64,000 nt of DNA from Daphnia carinata (lineage: Eukaryota). Where the stretch lies: NCBI RefSeq assembly GCF_022539665.2, contig NC_081333.1, positions 1,302,001-1,366,000 on the forward strand. Reading direction: 5' to 3'. How positions within the stretch are numbered: the first letter of the stretch is position 1; every line of letters starts with the position of its first letter. Both the position numbers and the translations under genes were made by a program. Below the pieces are notes generated by a model. It did no database searches. It was not told the origin of the DNA and saw nothing but the letters and a program-made list of their open reading frames with translations. Below are positions 43,439 through 60,330 of the stretch, in pieces.

Positions 43439-45660
43439 ATGAAGGTATATTTCTAAACTTCGAGATCTTAAACTGCGTCTTTCTGAACATATTGTGTCAT
43501 TTTGTAGGAAGTACCAAGAAAAAAACTGAAAAAAAGTAATGAAAGTAGAGACGTAAATAATGAAGAAAACAACGAAGAAAGTAACGAGGGAAATAACGAA
43601 GAAAGCAACGATGAAAACCAGGTTGAAAATCAGGATGAAAATCAGGCTGAAATCCTGGATGAAAACCAGGATGAAAACCAGGATGAAAACCAAGATGAAA
43701 ACAAGAAAAAGCAATTTGAAATAACACCAGATATGATGATTTGGAAAGCCATGTTCCTTCCAGATGAAATTGTCAGAGCTGTTTGGGAGCTTGGTTTTAA
43801 AAATCCTACTGCCATCCAGGTATTTTGAAACAGTTGTCATGTATAAGAGTTTTTATCTCTTTCAATCTGGGCTTTTTACATTTTATCATAGCTTGCCTGT
43901 TTACCAGCAGCAATGAAAGGCAGAAAAGATGTTGTAGGGGCTGCCGAAACAGGATCAGGAAAAACATTGGCATTTGGTATTCCTATACTTAATGGCATCC
44001 TAAAAGATAAACAGTTTGAACTGAAAAAAATGAAACAGAAAGAAGAAGCTGATGACATGACAGAAAGTGATGATGAAAGTGAAAATGATGAAGAAGAACA
44101 CAATGCTGATAAAAAAGAAGTGTTCGGTGATGAAGATCTGGCTGGTAACACCGAAGAAATAGGAGAAATGGAGGATTTCGGAGGAGGAATTGGGTGTGTA
44201 AGAGTAATTGATGTAGCAAAGCTAAGCTCTCAGAAAACCAAAGCAGTCAAAGGACAAAAGAAATTGCGTGCTTTGATCATTACACCCACAAGGGAACTGG
44301 CCGTTCAGATTGAGAAGCATTTAAAAGCTGTTGCAAAGTACACTGACATAACAATTTGCCTCGTTATTGGCGGCATGGCAGCTCCTAAACAAGAGCGGAT
44401 TTTAAACAAAGGACCTGACATTGTGATTGGAACTCCTGGTCGACTATGGGAAATGATTGAGGGGGGTAATTCGCATTTGTCCCAAGTCAACGATATTCGG
44501 TATGTTAATCTACGAATGTTATAGTCGATAAAACTATCGTTAATTTCTCTACCTTATGCCAGGTATCTTGCCTTGGACGAAACTGATCGTCTTTTAGAAA
44601 AAGGCCATTTTGCCGAAGTTCGTACTTTACTGGAACACATAAACAAAGACGAATCAAAGAAACGTTGGAGACAAAATTTTGTTTTTTCTGCGACATTGAC
44701 GTTAACACATGACTTACCTACCCGATTGGGTAACATCAAATCTAGGAAAAAGAAAGAAGCTGTAAAACTTGATAAGCTGCTTAGTTTGGTTGGGGTCCGT
44801 CCTAAAGCCAAAGTAGTTGACCTAACGACTCAAGTCAGATCGCTTAAACCCGCGTCGCTGTCAGAAATGAAGGTGTTTTCTGCAACCGTTGAAGACAAGG
44901 ATTATTACCTTTACTACTTCTTGCGACATAACCAGGGTCGTACATTGGTGTTTTGCAATTCAATTAATAACGTTCGCCGACTCACATCAGTGTTTACCCT
45001 GCTTGAAACGAATCCCCTTCCATTGCATGCGCAAATGCATCAGAAACAAAGACTCAAGCATCTGGAGCGCTTTTCGAGTTTAGACAACGCACTGTTGATT
45101 GCCACAGACGTCGCGGCGAGAGGACTTGACATTCCTCATGTGCAACATGTAGTCCACTTTCAAGTAAATGTTTCAGTTAAACTTTGAGAAAACCGGTATT
45201 TTTTAATCACTTTTCGCCTGAATAGGTCCCACGAACATCGGAAAACTATGTTCATCGTAGTGGACGTACCGCTCGAGCTTCTCGCGAAGGATTAAGTTTG
45301 ATTCTCATTGAACCTGAAGAAGCCACGTTATATCGCAAGATTTGTGTCAACTTGAAGAAAGACAAGATGGATCTTCCCGATTACGACGTTGATATGCGAT
45401 TATTTTCTGCTATCAAGCAGCGGGTAAATCTTGCAAAGGCTATCGAGTCATTGGAACACAGAACCAAACGAGAAAGGTCAGATAAAAACTGGATGAAGCA
45501 AATGGCTGAAGAGGCGGATTTATTAGTTAGCGAAAGTGATGAAGATTCTGACAGTGGTAGTGCAGCACAAAACCATTCCCAGCTGATTACCGAACTGAAG
45601 ACGAAACGCAAAGAACTGAGTCAACTTCTCGCAAGACCGTTAAAACGCACAGCCAACTAA
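43439..45660 (+). CDS. DDX24: DEAD-box RNA helicase DDX24 (Mak5 family)
   Basis: Q motif GFKNPTAIQ, AETGSGKTLAFGIP followed by an acidic insertion, PTRELA, TPGRLW, DETDRLLEKGHF, FSAT, ARGLDIP, HRSGRTAR. The start is inferred from a short MK exon at 43439-43444. Confidence 0.9.
43556..43705 (+). repeat. 12-bp coding repeat (GATGAAAACCAG; DENQ/EESN) in the DDX24 N-terminus
   Basis: NEENNEESNEGNNEESNDENQVENQDENQAEILDENQDENQDENQDEN. Confidence 0.85.
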
Positions 45661-46001
45661 CTGCTGTAACGTTAATACATGTTGCTACCTTCCAATGTTC
45701 GCAATTGACACAAATAATAATAATAAAATAATTAAATCTTGTGGATATATATTCAGTAGAATAGCACCCTGTACAAGAAATGCACTGTGCAATGTCAATT
45801 ATAATTCCGAATTTCTTAGAAGCTGTGCAAGAGGTATGTAACCGGCAGCACTGAAGCTGTGGATGGAAAGCGCTAGAAACCAAACTTAAATTACCTTGGT
45901 GATTGTGACTGTTGCACATTTCAATCTGGTTTACAAATCTGATGGAATTCGACGCACGTTATTCAACAAAATCTTATTAACCTAAGGCAGACAGACATAT
46001 C

Positions 46002-48083
46002 TCATGCAGCCACGGCAACCTCGCTGTAAACGGGGAAATCAACGATGTTGTACTTGTCCACTGCTTTGAAAGAAGGATATAGTCCTGATTGCTTGGTTCG
46101 CTCATTGATACCCTTCGAATAGCCGTCCCAGTGGTTACCAGCTATTCCTAATACGTCTCCTATTTCCATGGAAATCTCGCCAGTACGATGTGCCTTGTGC
46201 GAGTAGATTGCTATTTGCTGATGAGGTCCTTGGCCACCGTAATAATAAATATCATCCAACGACTTGAATTTGCTTGACGCATCTGGATGAAGCGTTTGCA
46301 TTATCTCATAAGCTAATCGACAAACTTGTGAAGAAAAAGTGCACACAAGATGGTCGCTGTGGGCAAGCATGTGAATATCTATAAGAATGCCGCGTAGGGA
46401 CGAATCCGTGTAGCGGGTTGCCACGGCAGCACCTTTAGCTATGGACACGTCACCAAGAAATTCGTAATCGGGATACCTGTAAGAGAAGCATAACAATGGC
46501 TGGAAATCCAACAGGGAAGGAGTTATGAACTGAACTAACTTTTTCTTTGCTTCTGGAATAACTGATGGATCATCGGAAGCTAAGTACACCCGCCGTACAG
46601 CAACTTTATCTTTCATTTCCAGCTTATTAAAAAAATCAGCCACGAATAACATATACTCGTCAATGGAATGAAATGCGGCCTCAGTTCCAACCTTATCAGT
46701 TCGTCGGACATGGACCCTAAAAATAAAGTATATTAAAAATGTGGTTACTAGGTTTAAGACCGAATGTCTTACCCAACTACAGGCATCTTAAAATTCATTT
46801 TTTCTTTTGCTTGATCTAACATCTTTTGAGTCTCGGGCTGATATCTCAACAGGTACTTCATAAACTGGCCAATCCACCACACTTGCGGATCACCATGTAG
46901 GCGAATCATTCGATCCGATAAATCTCGGGGAATGGCTAATGGCAAGAATGCAGGCCGAGGAGACAACATATCAACTATAGGCAATTCAATCACCTGAGTG
47001 TCATTGGTTCCTAAACACCAGCAGGCAACGTCAAATGATGCTTTAGGCAATTATAATTACGAACAAAGTTTTTCACCTGGCCAATTACTCCTGTCCAAAC
47101 CAGAAGGATCAGTGCAAGTGTCACTAAGGGGCAAAAAAACTTTTTCCCATCCGCCACGATGATATCGCCATTTCTTGGAATTCAATATTAGAGTTCTTTT
47201 AGTGGCATATGCCATAATGAAACAATACGCGGCATGGTGGATTTGGCAGCCATACCCACAACTCTATATAAAAGAAAAAAAAAAGATCTTATGTCACAAA
47301 AAGTAAACAGCCATAAGAAACCTCACAAGCAAGTACCTTGTTAAGATTACAGACTAATTTCCTTGCCTTGGAACAGTCAACTGGGTTTTGAAGGTAATGT
47401 AAACGTCTCTGAACCAAGTCGGACAAGGCACGCGACTCTGCAGCTCTCCAGGAATCATGACCTTCCATGCTGCTAAGCTCTTGTAGGTCATTTAAAAGGA
47501 CTCTGGCAAAAAGAGAAAGAAACCATTAAAAAACAAGGCAAAAAAACAAACAAATATTAGTCCAAAATTACATTTCATGCTCTTTCCCTGAGGTCACAAT
47601 TTCTTGAATCAAATTTGCTAATTCAGGTGCACTTTGGTCATGCCCCCTTTTTTTCAATTTTTCCATTTCTTGTTGCACAAAATACCAGACTTCTTGAACA
47701 CCTCTATAGATTTCTCGACGTCTGACTTCATACTCTTTACTAGGTCCGTCAATCAACTTTTTTTCAAGACCCCCAAAACTAATGGGTACCCTGATCTTGT
47801 TCTCCAGTGTAGATCTCAATCTTTCAACAACATCTTCTTTTATTTTTCCTGACTGTGCCTCATGGCTGAAGTTTGTCAGAATCCACTGAAGTTCTTGATT
47901 CCGCACCTTTAGACTTTCAAGCTCATTCACAGCTCTTGAAAGTCGTTGAAGCACATCATCGCTTAGGTCACTTTGAGGTGAATTCAACAATGGTCTTGTC
48001 AAAAGAATCAAAGCAACAACCCAAAAGAAGAAAAGAATTATGGCTGCTTGAACCAAGATTTTGTTGGAGCTTCGTAAATTCAT
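46002..48083 (-). CDS. FUT8: Alpha-(1,6)-fucosyltransferase
   Basis: Type II transmembrane anchor, [59 protein letters not shown]3-domain motif [13 protein letters not shown]. Confidence 0.96.
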
Positions 48084-48933
48084 TGCTATTTTGATATCAC
48101 TTTGTGTGGCCCGGTGTAATTTGAATTCAGAGCAGTTGAACTGGACGCTTTCGCCCTAGAGAAAGTAAAGAAGATGATCACACTAATTCTTTATAGGGAG
48201 ATTCATGATTTGTTTTTCATTAAGTATTAATGAACTTTGAATTTTTGAAGTCTGCTAAAAAGGGACCAAAAGCTTTATGAAACAAACAGATTGATACAAA
48301 AAAAGGGCTTATTCATACTGATGTAATCCCGACATACTTGCATGTTTTGATTTACCTTCGCGTCTCGCAAAGTGATCCATAAATCACCAAACCACAGAAT
48401 TTGTCAAAATGAACCATGGGCTACATGAACTCTTGCCATTGCGCGCAGAAAACCAATAGCCGGCCAACAACCACTGTGAAATGGTCCAATCAATGTTGAC
48501 GAAAAACAAAGCATCAGCCAACATGTAAAAAAAGGAACAAGTCGACAAATGTAGTCGTGAATTCAACAACAATATCGGCAACGAGCATCAAGAAAATTTC
48601 TGAATATTGGAGGTATTCCGCATGCTATTCGTAATTCCTTATATCAAAACTTGAAATATTAAAAGGCTTAAACAAATGCCACTGGGTGTTCGTCCCATTT
48701 CCAGCCCTTTACCTCAACTGACCAATGACAATATAAGGCCTTTCAGCATAGACTGCCACCTATCTGAAAAAAGTTTTCAACAGCATAGAATTTTAGCTTA
48801 GTTAATCTAGATTTCTTTAACATAATGGAACCCACACAACAAACGGTGAACAAATTTGTGAGTTTCACATAATTTTTTAAATATTAAACGTGTTAATCAT
48901 GTTGACATGCGACTCGTACAATTTGTGAAAACA

Positions 48934-48971
48934 TTCCAACACAGAGATAAGATCTTATCTCTGTTCCAACA
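48934..48971. mobile_element. Collapsed DNA-transposon remnant: 22-bp palindrome flanked by an 8-bp TSD
   Basis: TTCCAACA + CAGAGATAAGA|TCTTATCTCTG + TTCCAACA. Confidence 0.7.
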
Positions 48972-49862
48972 CGTCTTGTGAAGAAGACAAAGTTTAGTTT
49001 ATAACTAAGCGTTAGATACTACAGTTTTCAAAATTGCGAATCATTCTATTTCCTTGTATTATACCAATACAAATAATATATTGGTTTCATTAAATTCTTA
49101 TCACACTAAAAAAAAGGAACATACATATTGATTTTCCTATTTTTACCGCTTGGGGCAGGTAAGCACCGGTGACGTACCGGCATGTTTGCCGTATTATAAT
49201 TTTATATTTTTTTATTTTGTACTTGGATTACCGTGTACTGTACCGTATTTATCAACCTACCTTTACAACACACCCTAAAGTTTTACACACCCTACAGCAC
49301 CTTTTCCATCGCAAGTACAGCCATCTAGGAACCATTGGTTGCTGGAAAAGTGAAAATGCATCTAAGAAATGTATATTAGTGCTCAAGTAGAATCCTGGTG
49401 CAAGACCTAATAAAGCTTTACGATGAGTTTCCTGTGGAGTTTTCCACCTATGGATGTATTGACTTAGTTTCTCGTTGTCACACTGTCCAGTTCGTTGATA
49501 TTCTAACCAACCTGGAGGAAGTGCTATCGACATCGTATACTCCATGTAGCAAGCCGACGGACCAGGGATGAGATTTTTTTAAATTACGATAGCACGCAGC
49601 AAGTTTACAGGAACAGACATGGCGATTTATTAGTAATGAATGATTTTAATGAAGATTTAAAAGAGGTTGAAAGATATCAACCCCAACATAATGTTAAGGA
49701 TCTTATTTTGAGGTTAAGGTGAGCTTTAAAAATGACAGCAAACATTCAGGACATGAAAACGTATTCAAAAGCTTTCTAATAGGCTAATAGGGCCGTCATA
49801 CATCTACCATGTATGAACGGCAAAAAGTTCTGTCCAATTGGGGGAAAATGTCCCCATCCTTC

Positions 49863-52800
49863 TTATAGATAGGGTAACACATTGCGATGTTTAATTGCGC
49901 CGGAGTTTTCGTTCAGGCACCCCCGGTGTGTCCTCGACGTATTCCCTGAAAACAAAGTATTATAGTACATCCCTATGGCTAGAAGTTATTGATGAGTCAT
50001 TCAGTTTCAAGCTGTTTGTTAAGTTATCAATGGAGATCTCTTTGTTACTTACAATTCCATAAAATGGACTGTAGAATTGGGGCACAAAGATTCCACTTTG
50101 ACGTGGCAAGGTTTATGACAACGCAACAGACAGTCGCGGCATTCGTAGCCTTGTTTTCCAGGACGCCTTGCCAACGGCGCTTCGCACACTTGACATACAG
50201 TTCCGCTGTGCAAAACAATAAAACAGTACGGTGATGAGAAACGATAGACGGTAATTGCCTTTCAAGACCAGCAAATTTACCCTGTAAGATGTTTTGCAAT
50301 AAAGACGTGGTCGCTAAAGATATGTAATTTCACGCCTTTCTTCTTCCACTTTCGTTTTTCAGCTAAAGCCATGGGGATTAAGTAGTGCCTGTTACATAAT
50401 AATGATTTGAAACTATTATGCTACGAGCAACGATGATTTCAGGACCAAAAAGCAAGTACTTTTTAACCCCATTATCTGTTGATTCCAAGACAAGAGTTGA
50501 TGCTTCGTCAAGGTAAGTTCTTGTTGACGCATTACTTATAGCTGATACTTCGCTCAAGCTAGACCGCGCTGAATCAATTTCCCCGCCAAGGCCAGGAACA
50601 GCAAGTAGTTGGCCTAGGCGATGCACGAAATATAGATATTAAAAATTTTTAGGACAAAACTATAAAGACGTACCGGATCGGGCCCGATCAGCCGAAACGG
50701 ATCGAACAAGTGGATCATCTCGGTTAAGTGAATCTTCTCGTCCTGGTGTTCCAGGGTCTACAGATCTCGATCTGTTTTTGGAACGACTCAAGCGTTCTTT
50801 CAAAGTCCGGAAGAAAGATCGCCTTCGTGAACGGCCGCGATTGCGATCTACATTATTACGAAAAATTAATAATGGACATTTCGTTCACATGTGAATGAAG
50901 AATTATACCTTCATCTTTTGAGCTAAGCGATGAAGCAACGCTTCCCATCATCGGTGCATATTGGTTATCTGAATAGTAGTTGTCCTTAAAAGCTTCCGTG
51001 CCTTCCGTAAAAGGTGCTTCCTTTCAAACGTTTTTGAGAATCAAAAAAAAAAAATGAAAAGGGCCTATAAAGATCTGATTTTCATTTTTACTCTTGATCC
51101 AACAAGGGGATTCAATCCTCGACGAGGGCTTGGTCGTCTCGCTTCCAGGTGTTTCGATGTAGTTGTCGCCGAGGTCGGTTTATCATTGAGTTCGTTGAAG
51201 ACAATCATATCTGATAGGAAAAATATTTGTGTCGATAAATGTATCAGGAAATGCAATTGACTTTGGAGAATTTACCCGAATGTCGCTGCGTTGCACGATT
51301 GTAAGAATCTCTTCGTACTAGACGGCTCTCGGCATCCATAGCTAGATAAAAGCGTCAGATGAAGTCAAATTGATCGATAATCATTTCACAATTATTATTA
51401 GGGAGGTACTACATGAAGTCATTTTGGTGGCTGAAGTGGCAACGGCTGAAGGTAGATTGTTAGGTACATCCATCCCATCAATGAAAAGAAACTTCATTTG
51501 AAAACGTTGTGTTTAGGAATATTATTGCGTCAACGGATTGATGGCTATTACCTCGACTGTTAGTGTTCCAGACACAGAATCATTCTCGTAAGGTCGCGAC
51601 TGAAGTGGGATGATCTGACGTTGGCTAGGATTCATCAGCAATTCTTCCATGCCAACAATTCCAAGTCCTAGGAAAGTGTTGCGATTTTTGTCACGATCAT
51701 AAAGCTCAAACATGATTTCTTCCGTATTAGGACCCAGATCACTAATAAAAGAGATAATCAATTGTAAGTATTTTTCCTTTAATAAAATGAAATTTCATTT
51801 CAGTCAATTTACAATAGGAAATTTTCGTCCCAGAATGGATTTTCTGTGCCCTGCTTTATGGTCGTTTGATGACGTTGCGGAGGGTCATCCATTTCTATTA
51901 TACTGTACAGCTGGTGGACACCTTTAAATGAAAATAGGCGATAAAAATATAAATGAAGAATAAAATAAAACGTTTATACCTTTTTGGGAACCAAGGTTAT
52001 TAGCTTTAACTATTTTCACCAATAGTTTTTTGTCTTTTGAAGAGCGCCGTAGTCTAGTCTCCAACTGTCAAAGGAAAAGACAAGTAAAAAGCTTTCGTTG
52101 ATTTTCTTATTTAAAAATATATTTAAAAGGGATACCATGCTATCGTAGTGGACTGGAAGAATGGGCTCAGATGGATTTATACTGGGCACGAATCGCGGTG
52201 TATCAGGATATCGGGACGTATGCAATTGATTGGTGGCGGCACGCAGAGCGGCTGTCACCATTTCAATAATGATGTCCTGAACGAGCTGCTCATCGTTGCT
52301 GATACTTGTAATCGTTTCGTCCTTAATTATCGATACCCTAACCTGAATTACCAAGAAAAACAAAAAATGAAACCATGGATAAATATAGGATGCAGGCATT
52401 TTATGCAAGTATATCGAATTGAGAATTTACGTCTGGCCAGCCGTCAAATTTGATTGCAACGGATCCATCACGGAAATCAGATGAGGCGTTTAAACGACCA
52501 CGAAGTCGCTCAACATGAAGGCGGTAGTCGGATATGGTTTGATGATCACGTTGTTCACGTTTAGCTCGGACTAGAATATTAAAACGTGCTTCAAAATCAC
52601 CGGTGATTGTCTGCAAAAAAGAATGGGAGGACGTCAAAACATTTTTTTAATTAAACGGAAGAAGGTAAATTGTCAAAAACTTACAGCTCGTTCATTTGGA
52701 GTTAGCTCGCAAAATACATTGTTCAATCGTGGGAGAAGATCATCTAGAAACAAAATCTGTTGAATTTCCACTGAGACTCCAGTCTATAGAAATTTACAAC

Positions 52801-53374
52801 CAATCGAAATAAACAAAGATGAAAATCAATAATTAATTATTACTGAGTTTAAAATATTTTAGAAAGATAAATTTACTTCAATTTCAGACTGCTTGGTATG
52901 ATTATTGATTGATTCTTTCCATGATGTGTTCAAATCACTCAAAACCTGAGGCCTTGTGTACACAAAGCTTAGGCAGCTGGTGACCCATTTGACACAATCT
53001 GAGTTAGAACCTGTTACTGAGGGCACATCTGGGTGTTGATCGGCTTCGGATTTCGAAACGCTCTTGGATCTAACAAGTTTTGGAAGAGCAGGGGGAGGAT
53101 GCGATTTGAGAGTATTGATGAAACGCTCGGTATTGCTAATGTTGGGTTTCTCAACTGGTGCTGAAACTACTGCAGCAGACAATGGGGGAATTGTAGAGTT
53201 TAATGCATGGGTCTCCTTAGGGGGATCTAATAGTAATCTGGAGTACACAAACTTCCCTACAATTGTCAGAATTGTACCAAAAATAATCCAACCAAGTAAG
53301 AGTATTGCAAGTGTTTCCATTGCGCCAGCCCCAGGGTGAAAAGTACAGATTAGATCATCCAAGCGATCAGCCAT
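49863..53374 (-). CDS. C2CD2/TMEM24-like ER-anchored protein (transmembrane, putative SMP, C2, C-terminal C1 domain)
   Basis: N-terminal transmembrane helix; C2 motifs KKLLVKIVKANNLG, EMDDPPQRHQT, FELYDR and FLGLGIV; C1 domain HVFIAKH...CQVC...GKQGYECRDCLLRCHKPCHVKVESLC. The terminal exon ending at 49863 is tentative. Confidence 0.72.
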
Positions 53375-55552
53375 ATCTCAGCCCATTGTCATGGACTTTG
53401 AAATTGGCTTAAAACCCCACCACTAATGAAGAAACGTTCAATGAACTTGTTAGAAGAATCGCGACTGAAGTGCTGAACAGCTACGATCACTCGTACTTGG
53501 AAATCTGCTGGCCAGAGTCGAAAATGCTAAAAATAGATAGTAGCCTTGCTGGTTCATCACAGGCTAATTATAGATCTCCTGCACCTATCCTATACCTGTG
53601 CGATAATCAACTGTACTCGAAAAATAAGTACCCCAAACCCATATACAATCTCTGCAACACATACATTGCTTCAACATTTACCGTGTACAGCAATGCCAAG
53701 CGTGAAATGAAGGGAGAAAAACAAAATTCAGTCAGACAAATCTCTAGAAATTGAACTTAACGCTGAAGGAGGGACTATCGGGATTCCTGAATTCGCCATA
53801 CTGCTTTGTACAAGAATTTTTTGTGAAATATAAATATTGAAAAATCAAGTTGAAAAAAAGAAAGGGAAATATTTTGATTTCAGAAGAAACTTTGGGCTAG
53901 CTGTTCTTCCTCTATACTGTGATTACTTTGCCGAAGAAATAGAAACAGGGCAACAGCGGGAAGCCAGTGATTTTAACCTCGGTATTCAACTAGAAATCGG
54001 AAGAGGAAGCAGACAGTTTTCCAAGATTAGCTATGGTGTGAATTTTGTTTGTTTTTAATGCTTTCTTTTAAGCATTTAGGCATTGAATTCCTGATACTAA
54101 TAGTTTTTGGACATTCCCCATTCAACAAAGGCTTCAGTGTATCTCCCTCCCATAATACACTTTTAAACGAATAACACGATAAGGGATATTTATAACAAAG
54201 AAATGAAAAAATATTGAATTTTTCACCTTAGAGTAGAAGCTTTCAAGAACGTTTTCACAGCCTTTGCAAAGAATACTTTTTTTATGGACGAGCAGCTTTA
54301 ACAATTAAAGTTTACTATTGTGGTACGAGATACAGCTGCCAATTCTTCGTATTATCCAAAATTTAAAAAAATATTTCATGTACTGTGAAAACGTCACATT
54401 GACATCCCCATAAAAAGACACTAGCTACCTAAAAAATCTCAAACTATTTTTATCCAACAACCCAAACAAAGCCAAACAATTGTACACTTAACTCTTAAAC
54501 TGAAATCAAACGTGTTTTTCATTTTATACTAACAAAACAAGACAAGATACATATAAATGTCGATGTTTGTCGACGTGATGTTCCAAACAAAGTATGTGGT
54601 GCCTAAAATAAAGTTCTCTACCTGATACTTTTTGGTTTTTCATTGTTTACTAGTTAAAATAGCACATATCCTCAAATCCACACCTATCGAATGATTGATT
54701 TTTCAGTTCTTCGTTTTCCTAGTTGTCACGTTACGACGTCCACAGAGGAAATGTGGACGTATAACAACAAATACGTATTTCATATCGTAAACATATGCAA
54801 ATATTTAGCAAGCGTTTGTCGGGGGAACTTAAACAAGAAAATACTTAACTTACTTGTAAATGATGTTCTATGAAATATGATGCTGTAGATATTCAGAAAT
54901 AACTGTCACCTCCGTTTTAAAAATGATAGATCTGAATGCATTCTTCGGTCTGTCTGATGATCAAAATTTGGCGCGTAAACAACAAAAGCGCCACCGCCGC
55001 AGACGAACACAATGAAAGCTTAAAAAATTTTCTTTTTTTGGCCAAAAAACTTTAGAAAATGCAAACAAGCTTAAGTTTAAGGTTCAAAAATACAGTAATT
55101 AGTAATTTTTTGTTCCAGCCTTAGAAGAACTGTTAATTTAAAAAATAATTATAATTTAGCTCATGCTTTCTACTGTCTCGGTCGACTCGTCGCAAAGCTG
55201 TTGTAGGCGCTAGACTGGGCTAGGTAGATCCCTGTACAGTAGCAAGCCCGTGACTTTGCACCGGGAGTCCCCGTTGGTTTATCAAACATGGCGGTTTTGA
55301 TGTTGTTGACTTGACGCTAGCGTCCCGCTTTCCTTGACTTTTTGTAAATCGGCGCGATAGTTTCCGAATTGAGTGGATTATATGACAAGTTCTGTCTAGT
55401 GACGAAGTTTGAGAGTTTTTTGTACTATTTTCTACTTTGTTCAGCTACAAGTGTGGTGTCGGGGCGTGCTTTTTGATAAGCATTGACAACCGACCGACAA
55501 AAAGCTGTTGTGTGTTTGAAGATTCGCGTACCAAAGTCAAAGACTAGACAAC

Positions 55553-58581
<3,029 letters not shown>

Positions 58582-59861
58582 GCCACTCGTCCAACCCTCA
58601 TTTTAATCCTTTACTAGCTCCACTTCTTTCTCTCTCCCTATCTCTCTTTCCTCTCCTTGTCCAGCTAGCCCCTAAAGGTTTATGATTTTGCGGGCGTTCC
58701 CATTGGGAGTGACGAGGTGGTAGTATCAGTGCATTTGGGGGTTACACGGGGAAGAAGAGCAGCAAAGAAGTGGTAAAGAGTACATCCTCGAGCTCTCTTT
58801 ATTATTTTTTTTCCCCATTCTTTGTTCGATGAAGAGAGAAAACAGTGTAGCATAGTTATAACATCGACAGAGGAAATGTATCCAATGTGTTTTCGGACCA
58901 ATATGAACGTGTGCGCATCGCATGGGATGTACAGAAGGCGAGAATCAAATGGTTGAAGAGCGAATGTGGTCATTTTGTGGTGTTGCTCAGTGATGTTCTG
59001 CTGCCGAAAAAGCTTGCTGCTCTGTACATTTTTTCCTTTATTGTTATTTGATAGACTAGATGGTTGCATCTTGACCGGCGTCTCCCTCCCCCTTCCCCCG
59101 CTTGGATCCCTTTCCCATTTAGCTTTGCTCGATGACGCCCGGCACCTGACGACAGCTCCTTCTTTCAACATTACACCTACTTTCCCTTTCCCCCATATAT
59201 TATCTAACATTGTCATACATACACCATCTTCTACTATCCCAAAATACCAATTGCTGTATATTGTATGTTAAGCCATACAGTTATAGCCGCACAACCTTTT
59301 TAGGGAAAATGCTGCTCTTTTTTTCTCCTTTTTTTTTATTAAGTTGGACTGGATTTGTTCATGTGACACTGCTGGATTGACGATCATGCGGACTCTCCTA
59401 ATTGTTTCAACAGTTTACTCGTGGTCTCTTCTTGTCCCTCATCTTCTCTTCCAAGCGTAATCCTTCATAATGTCCCCTTGATTGTTGTCCTTCATCTTCC
59501 CACCAACCTTCAGTCTTCTTTATTTTCGTGCATTTCCCTAAAAAGGCAGGATTGTGTGCGGTCCTTCCTCCTGAAAAAACTGTACTGTAATCGCGATTGT
59601 AAGATGTAATCGTATCGCGCGGTTTTTATAAAGAAACTTCACGGTCTGACTAATTTTCTGCTTTTTCTTTTCATCACAAATCAGTTCATTCCAAGTGATT
59701 GTTAGATAACTTAAAAGACAGAGTTCAGGGCTTTATTTTATTAGAAAACTAATTTTCAGACTGATTAGCTAGACTTGAATTTCCTGAATTTATTACATCA
59801 ATAAACTAACAAACATTCATTTAGTAGCAGTCGGTATTAATGCACACATTGTGATCAAGGT

Positions 59862-60330
59862 TCAGCTTTTTTCTTCTGGTTTCCTTGGAACCTGGAGATC
59901 ATTTTCAGTGCCTTCCCTGCCATGCTCTTTCATGGCTGTTTGGAGCATGGTCATGTTGAATTTTTTCTGTGACCATCTGTATCTGCAATAGACCCTAGAC
60001 ACCCAATGGTTAGGCATGTCTGAGAAACATTGTGTATATAACAACTGAGATATTACCAGTACGAGAGGGTGATTCCAGCAAATGAAAGAACTGCTGTGTT
60101 ACATGAACGTCTTACTTTACTTGTGAACAAAAAGAATGCCAATCCAGTGCCGATTCCACCACCAATTCCATTAAGAAACGAACTACGGAAACAAGGGATG
60201 GAACCTAAATCTCTCCCTAGAATGGTTGCCTAATCAAATGCATTAGAAACTATACCGAAATGTCTTACAAATACTATAACATTACCATAACACTTACTTT
60301 AATTTCTGTATCTTCGTTAGAAGAAGACAT
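59862..60330 (-). CDS. COX20: Cytochrome c oxidase assembly protein COX20 (FAM36A)
   Basis: Joined exons give ILGRDLGSIPCFRSSFLNGIGGGIGTGLAFFLFTSKVRRSCNTAV...YWVYCRY, the twin-transmembrane, cysteine-containing COX20 pattern. Confidence 0.85.

Noticed and set aside
49252..49545. 97-aa minus-strand ORF downstream of the C2CD2-like gene
   Set aside because: No recognisable homology or convincing splice connection; it cannot be excluded as an alternative exon or small gene without RNA data.
52070..52135. GTATCCCT donor resembling a U12 intron in the C2CD2-like gene
   Set aside because: Imperfect donor and no correctly spaced U12 branch site; an ordinary pyrimidine tract precedes the acceptor.
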